This document shows positions 16,862 through 27,703 of a DNA stretch of 64,000 nucleotides, in pieces. A program made the position numbers and the translations under genes. Numbering within the stretch: position 1 is the first letter of the stretch; each line of letters starts with the position of its first letter. The DNA lies in NCBI GenBank assembly GCA_963770895.1, contig CAVYRF010000002.1, positions 4,832,001 to 4,896,000 on the forward strand, in the 5' to 3' direction. Source of the DNA: an uncultured Acidobacteriota bacterium (GTDB lineage Bacteria; Acidobacteriota; Thermoanaerobaculia; Multivoradales; UBA5704). The notes beneath the pieces were generated by a model. That model searched no databases, was not told the origin of the DNA, and saw only the letters and a list, made by a program, of their open reading frames with translations.

Positions 16862-18535
16862 TCACGGATGGTGCGGCGAGTCGAGGCGACGGCTCAGGAG
16901 CAGTTCCGGCCCGAGCGGACCCGGCGGATGGAAGAAGGCGGCCAACTGTTCGATCCCGTCGACCAGCCGCGGTCCGGGCCGGCTGAAGCAGCCGTTGGCG
17001 TCGACCGGATGCACGCGCCCCTGGCGCACGGCGCGCAGCGCCTGCCAGTGGGGCTGGCCGGCAGCCAGCGCCACCTGCGCGGCGGCGCCGGCGGCGTCGT
17101 AGCCACAGGGCATGGCGACGATGACGTCGGGGTCGAGGCGGGCGACGTCGTCCCAGCTCAGCCGGGCCGAGTGCTGGCCGGGGGAGGCTGCCACGTCGAT
17201 GCCGCCGGCGGCGGCGATCATCTCGGGTACCCAATGGCCGCCGGCAAAGGGAGGGTCCAGCCATTCCATCGCCAGCACGCGCGGCCGCGGCCGTCCGGCG
17301 ACCCGCATCCGCACCGCCGCCAGGCGGTCGCGCAGCGACCCGACGAGCGCCGCGGCGGCGGCGGCATACCCCGTCCGTTTGCCGATCAGCTGAATGTCGG
17401 CGAACACCCCGGCGAGCGAGGTGGGGTCGAGCGACAGCAGATCCGGACAGCGAGGAAGCGGAGCCGTGGCGGTCGCCACCTGGTCGGTCGAAACCGCGCA
17501 CACCGGGCACAGCTCCTGGGTGACGATGAGGTCCGGCGCCAGCTCGGCGATGCGCGCCTCGTCGAGGGCGTACAGGCTGGCGCCGCTCGCCAGCTGCGCG
17601 CTGACGGCCCGGTCCACCTCGGCGGCTCCCAGCCCGGCGGGCAGCGCGCTGCCCGTCAGCACCGGCAGCCGGCGCGCCGCGGGCGGAAAGTCGCATTCGT
17701 GGCTGACGCCGACGACGCAATCGCCGGCGCCCAGCGCAAACAGGATCTCGGTCGCGTTGGGTACCAGTGACACGATGCGCAGCGCGGGTGCCGGCGCCGC
17801 GGTCTGGCGCCGCCGGCAGTCGGTGGCCGCAGCGGTCGCGGCGGCTGTAGCGGTCGCGGAGACTACGATGACGGTTGCGGTGGCTGCGGCGTTAGCGGCA
17901 GTCGCAGCGGCTGTAGCAGTTGCGGGGATCGCGCCGGCGCGCGTTGTGCCCGACGCGGCCGCAGGGCCGGTGGTCGCTGCGGCCTTGGGACGTTTGGGGA
18001 TGAGAGGGGGAAGATCGGCCAGCTCGGCCGGAAGGGTGGCCCAGGCCACGGTGTCGCCGGTCCTCACGTCGCCGCCGATCAGAACCTCGGCAAAGGCGCC
18101 GCCGCGCCAGGGAAGGGACATGGCGCGCCGGAGGCCGGGGAACGCCTGGTCCATGCGCTCGCAGGGGCGCGTTTCGCCCACTACGCGCAGCAGGGCTTCG
18201 CCCAGACGCAGCAGGCGCCCGCGGCTATCGGCCAGCGGCAGGCCGGAGATCAGGATGTTGGCGCGCCGCGCGGCAGGGGACAGGGGGAGGCCGCCCAGCT
18301 CGTCCATCATTTCGGCCCATCGCTCTTCTTCGATAAGCGTCACCTGGCGGCGCCCGCGCTGGTCGGCATTGCCGTGCACGCCGCGGCCGGCGACCAGCGT
18401 GATGCGCGCCGCCGCATCCATCGGCCCCAGCTTGGCACGCTTGACCCACATCGCCAGCACGGCGCCAACCGACGCGGCAGCGCCGGCGACCACGCCCGCG
18501 GCCGCAACGCGGCTGGCATCGTCAGCGTGCTCCAC
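16862..18535 (-). CDS. Fusion of a MOSC domain, an Ala/Thr linker and a BtuF-like (cobalamin/iron-siderophore type) binding domain
   Basis: N-terminal RQVTLI...RRANIL.SG..L..G...L.V.GETRPCERM..RGG..A.V..GGDV.TGD (MOSC); C-terminal RIVSLVPNATEILFALG...VGVSHECDFP...EWLDPP..GGHWVPEMI..AGG...FSRPGPRL; one open frame. Confidence 0.75.
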   Translation of the reverse strand: MEHADDASRVAAAGVVAGAAASVGAVLAMWVKRAKLGPMDAAARITLVAGRGVHGNADQRGRRQVTLIEEERWAEMMDELGGLPLSPAARRANILISGLPLADSRGRLLRLGEALLRVVGETRPCERMDQAFPGLRRAMSLPWRGGAFAEVLIGGDVRTGDTVAWATLPAELADLPPLIPKRPKAAATTGPAAASGTTRAGAIPATATAAATAANAAATATVIVVSATATAAATAAATDCRRRQTAAPAPALRIVSLVPNATEILFALGAGDCVVGVSHECDFPPAARRLPVLTGSALPAGLGAAEVDRAVSAQLASGASLYALDEARIAELAPDLIVTQELCPVCAVSTDQVATATAPLPRCPDLLSLDPTSLAGVFADIQLIGKRTGYAAAAAALVGSLRDRLAAVRMRVAGRPRPRVLAMEWLDPPFAGGHWVPEMIAAAGGIDVAASPGQHSARLSWDDVARLDPDVIVAMPCGYDAAGAAAQVALAAGQPHWQALRAVRQGRVHPVDANGCFSRPGPRLVDGIEQLAAFFHPPGPLGPELLLSRRLDSPHHP

Positions 18536-18710
18536 GTCGCTTTGCCAGCCGATCTCGCACCTCCCAGCGGTTGCGATGTAACCGTTCCCGGACCAGTCTA
18601 GCCCACCATCGCTCAGCCCGGAACCATCCCGCGTCCGCGCACCAAGCGGCCTGGCGCCACTGCAGTCCCGATCGCAGGACGAACCGCGCGCATTCGGCTA
18701 CACTCGAAGT

Positions 18711-18965
18711 ATGTCCGGCACTGGCCACTCACCCCGGGGTCCCTCTGCGCTTCCGGTAGGCGGTATCCGGCGCATCTCGCGCCGACCTGAAGGGCAGGAC
18801 GTCATCCGTGACGTCGCGATTTTGCAGTGCACGATCAACGAGCTGCGTGGCGCGGCTCTCGTGCCGAAAGGCGTGTACCGTTTCCTCAGCCACGCGGAGG
18901 CAGATGCGTGGATGATGCGGCAGATGGCGTCTACTCACGCGCGCCGGTCCTCCAAGACCTCCTGA
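18711..18965 (+). CDS. Small hypothetical protein, probable partner of the downstream nucleotidyltransferase
   Basis: 84 aa with PKGVYRFLSHAEADAWM; overlaps the next ORF; TACACT-N6-ATG leaderless-type start. Confidence 0.6.
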   Translation: MSGTGHSPRGPSALPVGGIRRISRRPEGQDVIRDVAILQCTINELRGAALVPKGVYRFLSHAEADAWMMRQMASTHARRSSKTS

Positions 18966-19129
18966 CGCTCTGTGCGGCCCTCAACCGCACGGTCCAGGGC
19001 GTCGAGATCCCTGTGGCCAGCAAAGAGCTGCTGATCCGCATGAAGGATACTGTCCGGCCGAGCGACGCGGCCGACGTGGCTTTTCTTCGTCTGCGGATCG
19101 AGGAAGGCAAACACCACGGCAAGCAGTGA
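18908..19129 (+). pseudogene. Internally deleted nucleotidyltransferase-like gene (73 aa)
   Basis: GGAGG then GTG at 18908; N-terminal helix SRAPVLQDLLTLCAALN joined directly to a typical C-terminus (TVQGVEIPVASKELLIRMKDTVRPSDAADVAFL); no GG.A / DxD catalytic core. Confidence 0.55.
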
Positions 19130-19195
19130 ACAAGGCGCTGGGCGAGGCGCCTGCCTTGCCCTGACCGAGCCTGGCTGTGCTGGCTTTGATGGCCG

Positions 19196-21511
19196 CTAAG
19201 GGTCGGTGCTGACGGGCACCTGGCGGGTGATGGGGGGGAGGCAGCGCCGGTCGTCGCAGAGCTGGTAGGTGAGCTCCAGGTGTGCGGTGGCGGGTGGTGC
19301 GGCATCTGGGTGCGGGCGCAGCTGGCCGGTGATCTCGACGTGGCCGGTGTAGAGGGCGAGGGGTTGGGCGCCGAAGGGGGTCTGGCGGGGGGCGCCGGCT
19401 GGATAGACCACCTGCTGGAGCTGGGCGCCGGTGGCTGCCAGGGTGGTGGCCATCAGGTAGGGCTCGGTGGCCGGGTTTGCCTGGACGTGCCAGCCGGGGG
19501 CGATGTCGAGCGCCAGCTGGAAGGGGCGCCAGGCGGGCTGGCCTTCGCTGGATGCGGTTGCTGCGGCTGCGGGGGCGATGGCGAGCGACAGGCGGACGTG
19601 CTGCTCGCTTTCGTGCTGCAGCATGTCGATCGAGCCGCCGGTGGCTTCGCGCTGGTGGGCGGCTTCCTGGCGTGCCGGGGGGCCGCCGTGGAAGCGGCGG
19701 GCGGCGACGGCGAGCATGCGGACGGCTTCGGGGTGCTGCTCGGCCAGCATGCCGAAGGCGCACAGGGCGGCGTGGGCACGGTCGCGCCAGGGGGTGGCGT
19801 CGGCTCCTGCGGGGCGGCGCGCGGCCAGGGTGACGAAGTTGAGGATGCCGACGGCGTTGGCGGCGGGCAGGGCGCCGTCGAAGGGGTCCTTGCTGCGGAA
19901 CAGCAGGTCGGGGCTGGCGGCGGCGACGAACCAGCCGCCGGCGGCCGGGTCGGCCAGACGCGCTTCCTGCTCGCCGGCCAGGTCGGCCGCGGCGTCCAGC
20001 CAGCGGGCGGCGCCGGTCGCGCGGTGGAGGGCGAGCAGGCCGCGCACCAGGAAGACGTAGTCCGCCAGGTAGGCGGGGATGCGGGCACGGCCCTGGCGCC
20101 AGACGTGGAGCAGCGGGCCGCCCGGCGGCCGCATGGCGCGCAGCACGAAGTCGGCGGCTCGTTCCGCCTGGGCGACGATGGCCGGCTCTTGCAGCAGCCG
20201 CCCCGCCGTGGCCAGGCCGGCGATGGCGATGCCGTTCCAATCGGCCAGGATCTTGTCGTCGGTGGCGGGCCTTGGGCGCTGGCCGCGCACGGCCAGGCAG
20301 CGCTGGCGCAGGGCGGCGACCTCGGCGATCAGCTCTTCGGGCGGCAGGCGGCGGCGGCTGGCGGTCTGGTCCCAGCGCTCGGGCTGGTGCAGGACGTAGG
20401 CGTCTTCCTCGAAAAAGGGCGGGCCTTCGTAGCCCAGGAGCGGCGCCGCGAAGGCGGCGTCTTCTTCGCCCAGGGCGGCGTCGAGCTGGGGGCGGGTCCA
20501 GACGTAGCAGGCGCCTTCGTGGCCGCCGGTTTCGGCGTCGATGGCGCTCCACAGGCCGCCTTCGGGCGCGGTCATTTCGCGCTCCAGGAAGGCGGCGGTT
20601 TCGCGGGCGACGCGGGCTGCCTGGAGGTCGCCGGTGCGGGCGTGCTCGCGGGCGTAGAGCTCGAGCAGGAAGCCGTTGTCGTAGAGCATCTTTTCGAAGT
20701 GCGGCACCTTCCATTCGCGGTCGGTGGCGTAGCGGTGGAAGCCGCCGCCCAGCTGGTCGTAGATGCCGCCGCGCGCCATGGCGTCCAGGGTTGCCGCCAG
20801 CATGTCGCCGGCGTCCTGCCGCTCGCTGGCCATTTCCAGCAGCAGCAGGAGATTGGCCGGGGTGGGGAACTTGGGGGCGCCGCCGAAGCCGCCCCAGGTG
20901 TGGTCGAAGCGGCGCGCCAGCGAATCGACGGCGCGCCAGGCGCTGCCCGCGCCGGGCGGCTCGGTCGCCGGCTGGACGCGATCTTCGAGGAAGCGGCTCA
21001 TCGCCTGCGCCACCTCCTGGGCCTGCTCTTCGACTTCGGCGCGGCGCTCCGTCCAGGCGTCGGCCAGGTCGGTGAGGACGTTGGCGAAGCCAGGGCGGCC
21101 GTGGCGGTCGTCGGGCGGAAAATAGGTGCCGGCAAAGAAGGGCTTGAGGTCGGGGGTGAGGAACAGCGAATTGGGCCAGCCGCCCTGTCCGGTGAGGATC
21201 TGGGTGGCGGTCATGTAGATTTCGTCCAGGTCCGGCCGCTCTTCGCGATCGAGCTTGATGTTGACGAATTGGCGGTTCATCGCCGCGGCGACGCGCGCAT
21301 CGGAGAACGATTCGCGCTCCATCACGTGGCACCAGTAGCAGGTGGAGTAGCCGACCGACAGAAAGATCGGCCGGTCTTCGCGGCGCGCGCGCTCCAGGGC
21401 TTCTTCGCCCCAGGGGTACCAGTCGACCGGGTTGTGCTGGTGCAGCAACAGGTAGGGGCTGCTCTCGCCAGCAAGGCGGTTGGTGCCGCCCTGCGCATTG
21501 TGCTCGCTCAT
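19196..21511 (-). CDS. YyaL/SPATA20-like thioredoxin-domain protein (DUF255) with C-terminal DsbD-N-like domain
   Basis: [60 protein letters not shown]; tail IAPGWHV.AN...[12 protein letters not shown]. Confidence 0.92.
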   Translation of the reverse strand: MSEHNAQGGTNRLAGESSPYLLLHQHNPVDWYPWGEEALERARREDRPIFLSVGYSTCYWCHVMERESFSDARVAAAMNRQFVNIKLDREERPDLDEIYMTATQILTGQGGWPNSLFLTPDLKPFFAGTYFPPDDRHGRPGFANVLTDLADAWTERRAEVEEQAQEVAQAMSRFLEDRVQPATEPPGAGSAWRAVDSLARRFDHTWGGFGGAPKFPTPANLLLLLEMASERQDAGDMLAATLDAMARGGIYDQLGGGFHRYATDREWKVPHFEKMLYDNGFLLELYAREHARTGDLQAARVARETAAFLEREMTAPEGGLWSAIDAETGGHEGACYVWTRPQLDAALGEEDAAFAAPLLGYEGPPFFEEDAYVLHQPERWDQTASRRRLPPEELIAEVAALRQRCLAVRGQRPRPATDDKILADWNGIAIAGLATAGRLLQEPAIVAQAERAADFVLRAMRPPGGPLLHVWRQGRARIPAYLADYVFLVRGLLALHRATGAARWLDAAADLAGEQEARLADPAAGGWFVAAASPDLLFRSKDPFDGALPAANAVGILNFVTLAARRPAGADATPWRDRAHAALCAFGMLAEQHPEAVRMLAVAARRFHGGPPARQEAAHQREATGGSIDMLQHESEQHVRLSLAIAPAAAATASSEGQPAWRPFQLALDIAPGWHVQANPATEPYLMATTLAATGAQLQQVVYPAGAPRQTPFGAQPLALYTGHVEITGQLRPHPDAAPPATAHLELTYQLCDDRRCLPPITRQVPVSTDP

Positions 21512-21709
21512 CGCGCCGCTCCTTGCCCGCCGTCCCCGTCGCCTCCGGGCGCGGCGACAACGGGCCGCGCGCAGTCTATCAGCCGCGATCCGCGCGCCGA
21601 TCGCCGTCGATCTGCATCACCGCCATCACCGCGCGCGGACCGCGCCGGGCGCGGCGGCCTCGGCGCGCGGCAGGTGCGACAGCCGGTGGTGTACTATTAA
21701 AGAGGCGCC

Positions 21710-23161
21710 ATGGACCGGTTTGCGCAGCACCCACCCCTTCCATTACGGCGGCGTCTCGCCCTGAGCCTTTGCGTCGTCGGGTTGCTGGCGGTGCTGCCGG
21801 CCTTCGCCGCGGCGCGGGCAGCGGCGCCGGTGCCGGCGCTTCCGCCGCATCCGGCGCTCGCTCCGCTCCCTCCCACCGCCGCGAGCGCCGCGCCGGCGCC
21901 GCGGGTCGTCGTGGTGCGGCTGGACACGTTCATTCAACCGGTGGCGGCGGCGGTCTTGCGATCGGCGATTGCGCGCGCGGATCGCGAGCGCGCGGCGGCG
22001 GTGGTGGTGGAGCTGGATACGCCGGGCGGCTTGATGACGACGATGCACCAGATGACCGAAGACATCCTGGCGGCGCGGACGCCGGTGGTGGTGTACGTGG
22101 CGCCCAGCGGCGCGCGGGCGGCTTCGGCGGGGTTCTTCCTGCTGATGGCGGCGGACGTGGCGGCGATGGCTCCGGGCACCAACACGGGCGCGGCGCATCC
22201 GGTGGGCGCGGGCGGCCAGACGATCGCGGGCACGGAAGGCGACAAGGTCGAGCAGGACGCCGCCGCAGCGATCCGCTCGCTGGCGGCGCGCAACGGTCGC
22301 GACGTGGGGCTGGCCGAATCGGCGGTGGCGGCCAGCCGCTCGTGGAGCGCCGGCGAGGCGCTGGCGGCGCGGCTGGTGGACGTGCTGGCGCCGGACGTGC
22401 CCGACCTGCTGCGGCAGCTGGACGGCAGGAGCGTCCACAAGCAGGGGGGCGTGCAGGTGCTGCACACCGCGGGCGCGACGGTGATCGCGGTGGCGATGAC
22501 GCCGGGCCAGCAGGTGCTGGCGGCGGTGGCGCACCCCGAGCTGGCGTACATGCTGCTGATGCTGGGCGGCGTCGGCCTGTTCTTTGAGATCACGCATCCC
22601 GGCACGCTGCTGCCGGGCGTGGTCGGCGCCGTGGCGCTGGCGCTGGCGTTTTTCGGTCTGTCGCTGCTGGCGGCAAGCTATGCGGGCGCGGCGCTGATCC
22701 TGTTGGGGATCGGCCTGTTCGTGGTCGAGCTGAAGGCGGGCGGCCACGGCGCGTTCGCGCTGTCGGGGGCGGCGGCGCTGGTCACCGGGTCGGTGCTGCT
22801 GTGGAGCGGCCCCGAATCGGGGCTGTGGCTGCCGACCGGATGGATCGTGCTGGGCACCCTGCTGACCTTGGCGGCGGTCGGCGCGGCGCTGGTGGCGGCG
22901 CGGCGGGCGCGCCGGCGGCCGGTGCGCACCGGCGCCGAAGGGCTGGTGGCCGAGCGGGGCGTGGCGCGCTCCGACCTGCGCCCGACCGGCAAGGTGTTCG
23001 TGCATGGTGAGATCTGGGACGCCGCGGCGGAGCAGCCGGTGGCGTGCGGCGAAGTGATCGAGGTGGTGGCGGTCCGCGGCATGACGCTGGCGGTCCGGCC
23101 GCTGCCGGTGGCGGTGGCAGGCACGGAGCCTGGCGGAGCGCGGCCGGCATGGAGGACCTGA
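21710..23161 (+). CDS. nfeD: NfeD membrane-bound serine protease (long form)
   Basis: [34 protein letters not shown] bundle, C-terminal OB fold ([12 protein letters not shown]). Confidence 0.92.
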   Translation: MDRFAQHPPLPLRRRLALSLCVVGLLAVLPAFAAARAAAPVPALPPHPALAPLPPTAASAAPAPRVVVVRLDTFIQPVAAAVLRSAIARADRERAAAVVVELDTPGGLMTTMHQMTEDILAARTPVVVYVAPSGARAASAGFFLLMAADVAAMAPGTNTGAAHPVGAGGQTIAGTEGDKVEQDAAAAIRSLAARNGRDVGLAESAVAASRSWSAGEALAARLVDVLAPDVPDLLRQLDGRSVHKQGGVQVLHTAGATVIAVAMTPGQQVLAAVAHPELAYMLLMLGGVGLFFEITHPGTLLPGVVGAVALALAFFGLSLLAASYAGAALILLGIGLFVVELKAGGHGAFALSGAAALVTGSVLLWSGPESGLWLPTGWIVLGTLLTLAAVGAALVAARRARRRPVRTGAEGLVAERGVARSDLRPTGKVFVHGEIWDAAAEQPVACGEVIEVVAVRGMTLAVRPLPVAVAGTEPGGARPAWRT

Positions 23162-23162
23162 C

Positions 23163-23936
23163 ATGGGAGCGGAGATGCCGATGATCCCGTTTGGCTTCAT
23201 TTTCCTGGTGGTGGTAGGCATCTTTCTGCTCTCCCGCTGGGTCAACGTGCTGCAGGAGTGGGAGCGCGCCGTGACGTTCTTCCTGGGGCGCGCCTCGCAG
23301 CACCCGCGCGGCCCCGGCGTGGTGTTCATCTACTGGCCCTTCGAGCGCATGGTGCGGGTGGATCTGCGCACCCTGGTCCTGGAGGTGCCGCCGCAGGACG
23401 TCATCACCCGCGACAACGTATCCATGAGAGTGAGCGCCGTCGTCTACTTCCGGGTGGTCAACCCGGTGCGGTCGGTGATCGAGGTGGGCAACTACCTGGA
23501 TGCCACCCGCCAGCTGGCGCAGACCACCCTGCGTTCGGTCCTGGGCCAGGCCGACCTGGACGAGCTGCTGTCGTCGCGCGATCGGCAGAACGCCCGCCTG
23601 CAGGAGATCATCGACGCCCACACCGATCCCTGGGGGGTGAAGGTGGCGATGGTCGAGGTCAAGCAGGTGGACCTGCCGCAGGAGATGCAGCGCGCCATGG
23701 CCCGCCAGGCGGAAGCGGAGCGCGAAAAGCGCGCTAAGATCATCCATGCGGCCGGCGAGCTGGAGGCGTCGACCAAGCTGAGCGAAGCTGCCGACGTGAT
23801 GGCGAAGAACCCGGTGACCCTGCAGCTGCGCTACCTGCAGACCCTGACCGAGATCTCGGCGGAGAAGAACTCGACCATTCTCTTCCCAGTGCCGATCGAG
23901 ATGATGAAAAGCTTCCTGGGGCATCATTCCGAATGA
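23163..23936 (+). CDS. Stomatin/slipin (SPFH) protein
   Basis: [55 protein letters not shown]. Confidence 0.95.
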   Translation: MGAEMPMIPFGFIFLVVVGIFLLSRWVNVLQEWERAVTFFLGRASQHPRGPGVVFIYWPFERMVRVDLRTLVLEVPPQDVITRDNVSMRVSAVVYFRVVNPVRSVIEVGNYLDATRQLAQTTLRSVLGQADLDELLSSRDRQNARLQEIIDAHTDPWGVKVAMVEVKQVDLPQEMQRAMARQAEAEREKRAKIIHAAGELEASTKLSEAADVMAKNPVTLQLRYLQTLTEISAEKNSTILFPVPIEMMKSFLGHHSE

Positions 23937-24973
23937 CGACAGACATCGAACGCGGCGGCCTCGACGTGGGCGGAGCCCACGAGCCCAGCTACTACGAGAT
24001 TGCGCTCACCAACCGCCAGGTGATGGTGGCCTTCGTGGTGCTGCTCGTCTGCGTGGTGGCGGCCTTCCTGGCGGGCGTCTGGCTCGGCCGCGAAAGCGCC
24101 GTGCGCGCTCAGGAAAAGCTCACCCTGCTGACGCGCGGCGCGGCCGCCGGCGTGCCGGGCTCCGACGCCGGCTCCGACAAGGAAAAGCCGGAAGGGCAGG
24201 CGCTGCAGGAATTCAAGTTCTTCGCCGATTCCCGCCACCGGTCGGCCGAAGCGGGCGCCTCGCCCACGTCGCGCAACGGTGGCAATGGCGGTAACGCGGG
24301 CAACGGCGGCACCGCCGGAAACACCGCGGCGGCAAACGGTGACGACTCCGCGGCGCTGGCTGCGGGCGGCGCCGGTGACGACGGCAACGCCGTCACCCCC
24401 GGCGCCAACCGGGCCGCGCCGGCGCCCGCCAAGGCCGGCGCCGGCCGCGCCCCCGGCGCCGCGGCCTTCCCGCCGTCGTCCGCGTCGCCCCCGGCGAACA
24501 ACGTCGCCGCCCCCGCCGGGCGTCCCGGCCAGGCGGGGCGCTCCGGCTCCGCCTCCGCCGCCAGTCCGGCCGCGGCGCAAAAGACCGCCAAGGCCGCGCC
24601 TGCCGCGGCGCCGGCCGGCGAAGGTGAAACGCAGTCCGCCGCGGCCGACAACGGCGGCGACGTGGTGCGGCCCCGCCAGCTGCCCGACGGCGGTGGCCGC
24701 GCCGCCGCGTCCCCCGCAGGCGGCAGTGACAAGGCGGCGGGCGGCGAGGTGGTGATCCAGGTCTTCTCGTCGGCCGACAAGGAGCAGGCGGACCGGGTGA
24801 AGGACGGCCTGGTGGAACACGGCTTTGCCGCCTTCCTGTCGCCGATCGACAAGGACGGGCAGACCATGTACCGGGTGCGCATCGGGCCGTTCGCCAATCG
24901 CGCCGCCGCCGAGCCGGTGGCGGACAAGGTGCGCAAAGAGCAGAAGCTGGACACCTGGATCACGCCCAAGTGA
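23933..24973 (+). CDS. SPOR-domain membrane protein (DedD/FtsN-like architecture)
   Basis: N-terminal TM, long Ala/Pro/Gly linker, C-terminal IQVFS...YRVRIGPF; ATGA overlap with upstream gene. Confidence 0.85.
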   Translation: MTTDIERGGLDVGGAHEPSYYEIALTNRQVMVAFVVLLVCVVAAFLAGVWLGRESAVRAQEKLTLLTRGAAAGVPGSDAGSDKEKPEGQALQEFKFFADSRHRSAEAGASPTSRNGGNGGNAGNGGTAGNTAAANGDDSAALAAGGAGDDGNAVTPGANRAAPAPAKAGAGRAPGAAAFPPSSASPPANNVAAPAGRPGQAGRSGSASAASPAAAQKTAKAAPAAAPAGEGETQSAAADNGGDVVRPRQLPDGGGRAAASPAGGSDKAAGGEVVIQVFSSADKEQADRVKDGLVEHGFAAFLSPIDKDGQTMYRVRIGPFANRAAAEPVADKVRKEQKLDTWITPK

Positions 24974-26541
24974 TCGCCGGCGATTCCGGCGGCGCACGCG
25001 GCCGCCGTCTTGCCTGGCTGGCCCTGGCCGCCGCGGGCGGTGTGGTGTGGGGGCTCTCCTTCCAGCGCACGCCCCTGGGTCTGGGAGCGTGGCTCACCCT
25101 GGTGCCGCTGCCGCTGCTGCTGGGCGCCCGCCGCGCCGGGTGGCTGGGCTTCGTGCACGGCCTGGCGGCCTGGGAGACGTCGCTCTACTGGATCGTGCCG
25201 ACGCTGACCCACTTCGGCAGCCTGTCGGTGCCGCTCGCCGTGCTGCTGGCCACTGTCCTGGCAGCGTTCCTGGCGCTGTTCCACGCCGTCTTCGGCTGGT
25301 TGGGCGCGCCGCTGTGGCGGCGCTGGCGGGCCGGCGGCGGCCTGGCGCCGCTGCTGCTCGGGCTGCCGGCGCTGTGGGTGGCGCTCGAGTGGCTGCGCAC
25401 CTACTTCATCGGCGGCTTCCCGTGGAACCTTTCGGCGTACGCCTGGATCTCGGTCCCCGGCGCGCTGCCGGTGTCGGCGCTCATCGGCGCCTACGGCGTC
25501 TCGTTCCTGGTGATGCTGATGGCGGTGGGCATCGCCGCCTGGGCGGTGCTGCTGGTCGAGCGCCGGCCGCGCGCCTGGGTGCCGCTGATCGCGGCGGTGG
25601 CCGCGCCGCTGATGCTGCTGCCGGCGGCCGCCCGCTGGAGCCTGCCGCGCGCCGCCGTCGAGCGGCTGCGCGCCGCCTATGGCGGGATCCCGGTGAGCCT
25701 GCTGCAGCCCAACGTCGCCGACCAGGTCGGCTTCGACGCGCGCCAGGCGCTGGCCGACTACCGCAAGGTCGCCGAGATGTCGTACGCCGCCTGCAAGCCG
25801 GGGGTGCTGGTGGTCTGGCCGGAGAGCGCCGGCTGGCCCTTGGAATACCACCGCGACGCCATGCTCGACCGCGACCTGGAAGCGATGGTGGGGCGCGGCT
25901 GCGGCGTGCTGTTCAATACCGACACCCCTGTCGGCGCCGGCTCCGAGCAGGCCTACAACTCCGCCATCCTGCTGGCCCCCGACGCGGCGCCCCAGCGCTA
26001 CGACAAGCGCCACCTGGTGCCCTTCGGCGAGTACGTGCCGTTCGAAAAGGTGCTGTTCTTCGCCAAGACGGTGGCGCGCAACGTCGGTCAGTTCAAGCCG
26101 GCGGAGCGCCTGACCCTGCTGCACTGGCGCGCCGAGGCGCTGGGGCCGGCGATCTGCTACGAAGTGGTGTTTCCCGAGGAGACCGCGGCGCTGACCCGCG
26201 CCGGGGCGTCGATGCTGGTCTCGGTGGTCAACGACGGCTGGTACGGCGACACCGCCGCCCCCTGGCAGCACCTGCGCGCCGCCCGCTTTCGCGCCGCCGA
26301 AAACCGCCGGCCGATGCTGCGCGCCGCCATCACCGGCGTGTCGGCGGTGATCGCGCCGGACGGCTCCGTCCTGGGCCAGCTGGAAGTCGGCCGCGAAGGG
26401 GTGCTGCGGGCGCAGGTGGCCGGCGAGCGCTGGCTCTCCCCCTACGCCCGCTGGCCCTGGCTGCCGCCGCTGGCCTGCACCCTGGGCGCCCTGTGGGCGG
26501 TGGTCGCGTCTCGCCGCTATACTTCCCGACCGAGGAGTTGA
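24970..26541 (+). CDS. lnt: Apolipoprotein N-acyltransferase
   Basis: GGFPW, LLQPN, VWPES, YDKRHLVPFGEYVP, ICYE, NDGW, RAAENRRP. Confidence 0.93.
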   Translation: MIAGDSGGARGRRLAWLALAAAGGVVWGLSFQRTPLGLGAWLTLVPLPLLLGARRAGWLGFVHGLAAWETSLYWIVPTLTHFGSLSVPLAVLLATVLAAFLALFHAVFGWLGAPLWRRWRAGGGLAPLLLGLPALWVALEWLRTYFIGGFPWNLSAYAWISVPGALPVSALIGAYGVSFLVMLMAVGIAAWAVLLVERRPRAWVPLIAAVAAPLMLLPAAARWSLPRAAVERLRAAYGGIPVSLLQPNVADQVGFDARQALADYRKVAEMSYAACKPGVLVVWPESAGWPLEYHRDAMLDRDLEAMVGRGCGVLFNTDTPVGAGSEQAYNSAILLAPDAAPQRYDKRHLVPFGEYVPFEKVLFFAKTVARNVGQFKPAERLTLLHWRAEALGPAICYEVVFPEETAALTRAGASMLVSVVNDGWYGDTAAPWQHLRAARFRAAENRRPMLRAAITGVSAVIAPDGSVLGQLEVGREGVLRAQVAGERWLSPYARWPWLPPLACTLGALWAVVASRRYTSRPRS

Positions 26542-26546
26542 CCATC

Positions 26547-27687
26547 ATGCTCGCCAGCCCCGTCCAGCAGCGCATGGAGCGCCTTTCCGAACAGATCACC
26601 AACCTCCGGGGGTATCTTTGACGAGACCGGCCTGGAGCGCCGGCTGTCCGAGATCGACTCTCAGATGGAAGCGCCGGGCTTCTGGGACAGCCCGGCCGGT
26701 AACGCGCCGCTGCTGCGCGAGCGCCGCGACCTGGAGCGCCGCCTAGCGACCCTCAAGCGGCTGCGCGCCGACGCCGGCGAGCTGGCGGCCTGGGACGAGC
26801 TGCGCGCCGCCGACCGCGAGGCGGTCGAAAACGATCCCGACCTGGAGAGCTTCCTGGTGCGGGTGGCGACGGAGCTGGACCGGCTGGAGCTGGAGCTCAA
26901 GCTGTCCGGTCCCGACGACGACAAGAACGCCATCGTCGCCATCCATCCCGGCGCCGGCGGCACCGAATCGCAGGATTGGGCCGAGATGCTGCTGCGCATG
27001 TACCTGCGCTGGGCCGAGCGCGACGGCTTCGACGTCGAGATGCTGGATCGCCAGGAGGGCGACGAAGCGGGCCTCAAGAGCGCCACCTTCGCCGTGCGCG
27101 GCCCCAACGCCTACGGCTATCTGAGCGGCGAAGCCGGCGTGCACCGGCTGGTGCGCATCAGCCCCTTCGACTTCCAGGCGCGCCGCCACACTTCGTTTGC
27201 CTCGGTGGACGTCTATCCGGAAGTCGACGACACGGTGGTGATCGACATCGCCGACAAGGACCTGCGGGTGGATACCTTTCGCTCCTCCGGCGCCGGCGGC
27301 CAGCACGTCAACAAGACGGAATCGGCGGTGCGCCTGACCCACCTCCCGTCCGGCATCGTGGTGTCCTGCCAGAACGAGCGCAGCCAGATCAAGAACCGCG
27401 CCATGGCGATGAAGATCCTGCGCTCGCGGCTCTACGACCGCGAGATGCAGAAGCGCGCCGCCGAGCAGGCGGAGCGCGAAGGCAAGAAAAAAGACATCGG
27501 CTGGGGCAGCCAGATCCGCAGCTACGTGCTGCACCCCTACCGCATGGTCAAGGACCACCGCACCGGTGCGGAAGTGGGCGATGCCGACCGCGTGCTGGAC
27601 GGCGACCTGGACCCCTTCATCGAAGCCTGGCTCAAGGGCCAGATGGCCGCCGGGTCGCCGCAGGGCGACGGCGCCGATCTCCCCTGA
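26547..27687 (+). CDS. prfB: Peptide chain release factor 2, programmed +1 frameshift (join 26547-26618, 26620-27687)
   Basis: MLASPVQQRMERLSEQITNLRGYL then CGGGGG-TAT-CTT-TGA-C; downstream frame has GAGGTES.DWA, SPF and GAGGQHVN. Confidence 0.96.
26607..26622 (+). promoter_or_regulatory. prfB +1 frameshift cassette (internal SD-like CGGGGG plus CTT TGA C)
   Basis: Matches the canonical RF2 autoregulatory slippery site. Confidence 0.92.
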
Positions 27688-27703
27688 CCGGGTGGCGGCC
27701 GAC

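Noticed and set aside
21710-23936. nfeD-stomatin pair as a novel system
   Set aside because: Well-known conserved gene pair
24825-26546. 598-aa ORF ending at 26621
   Set aside because: Only its last 24 codons are real (prfB first frame); the rest overlaps lnt out of frame
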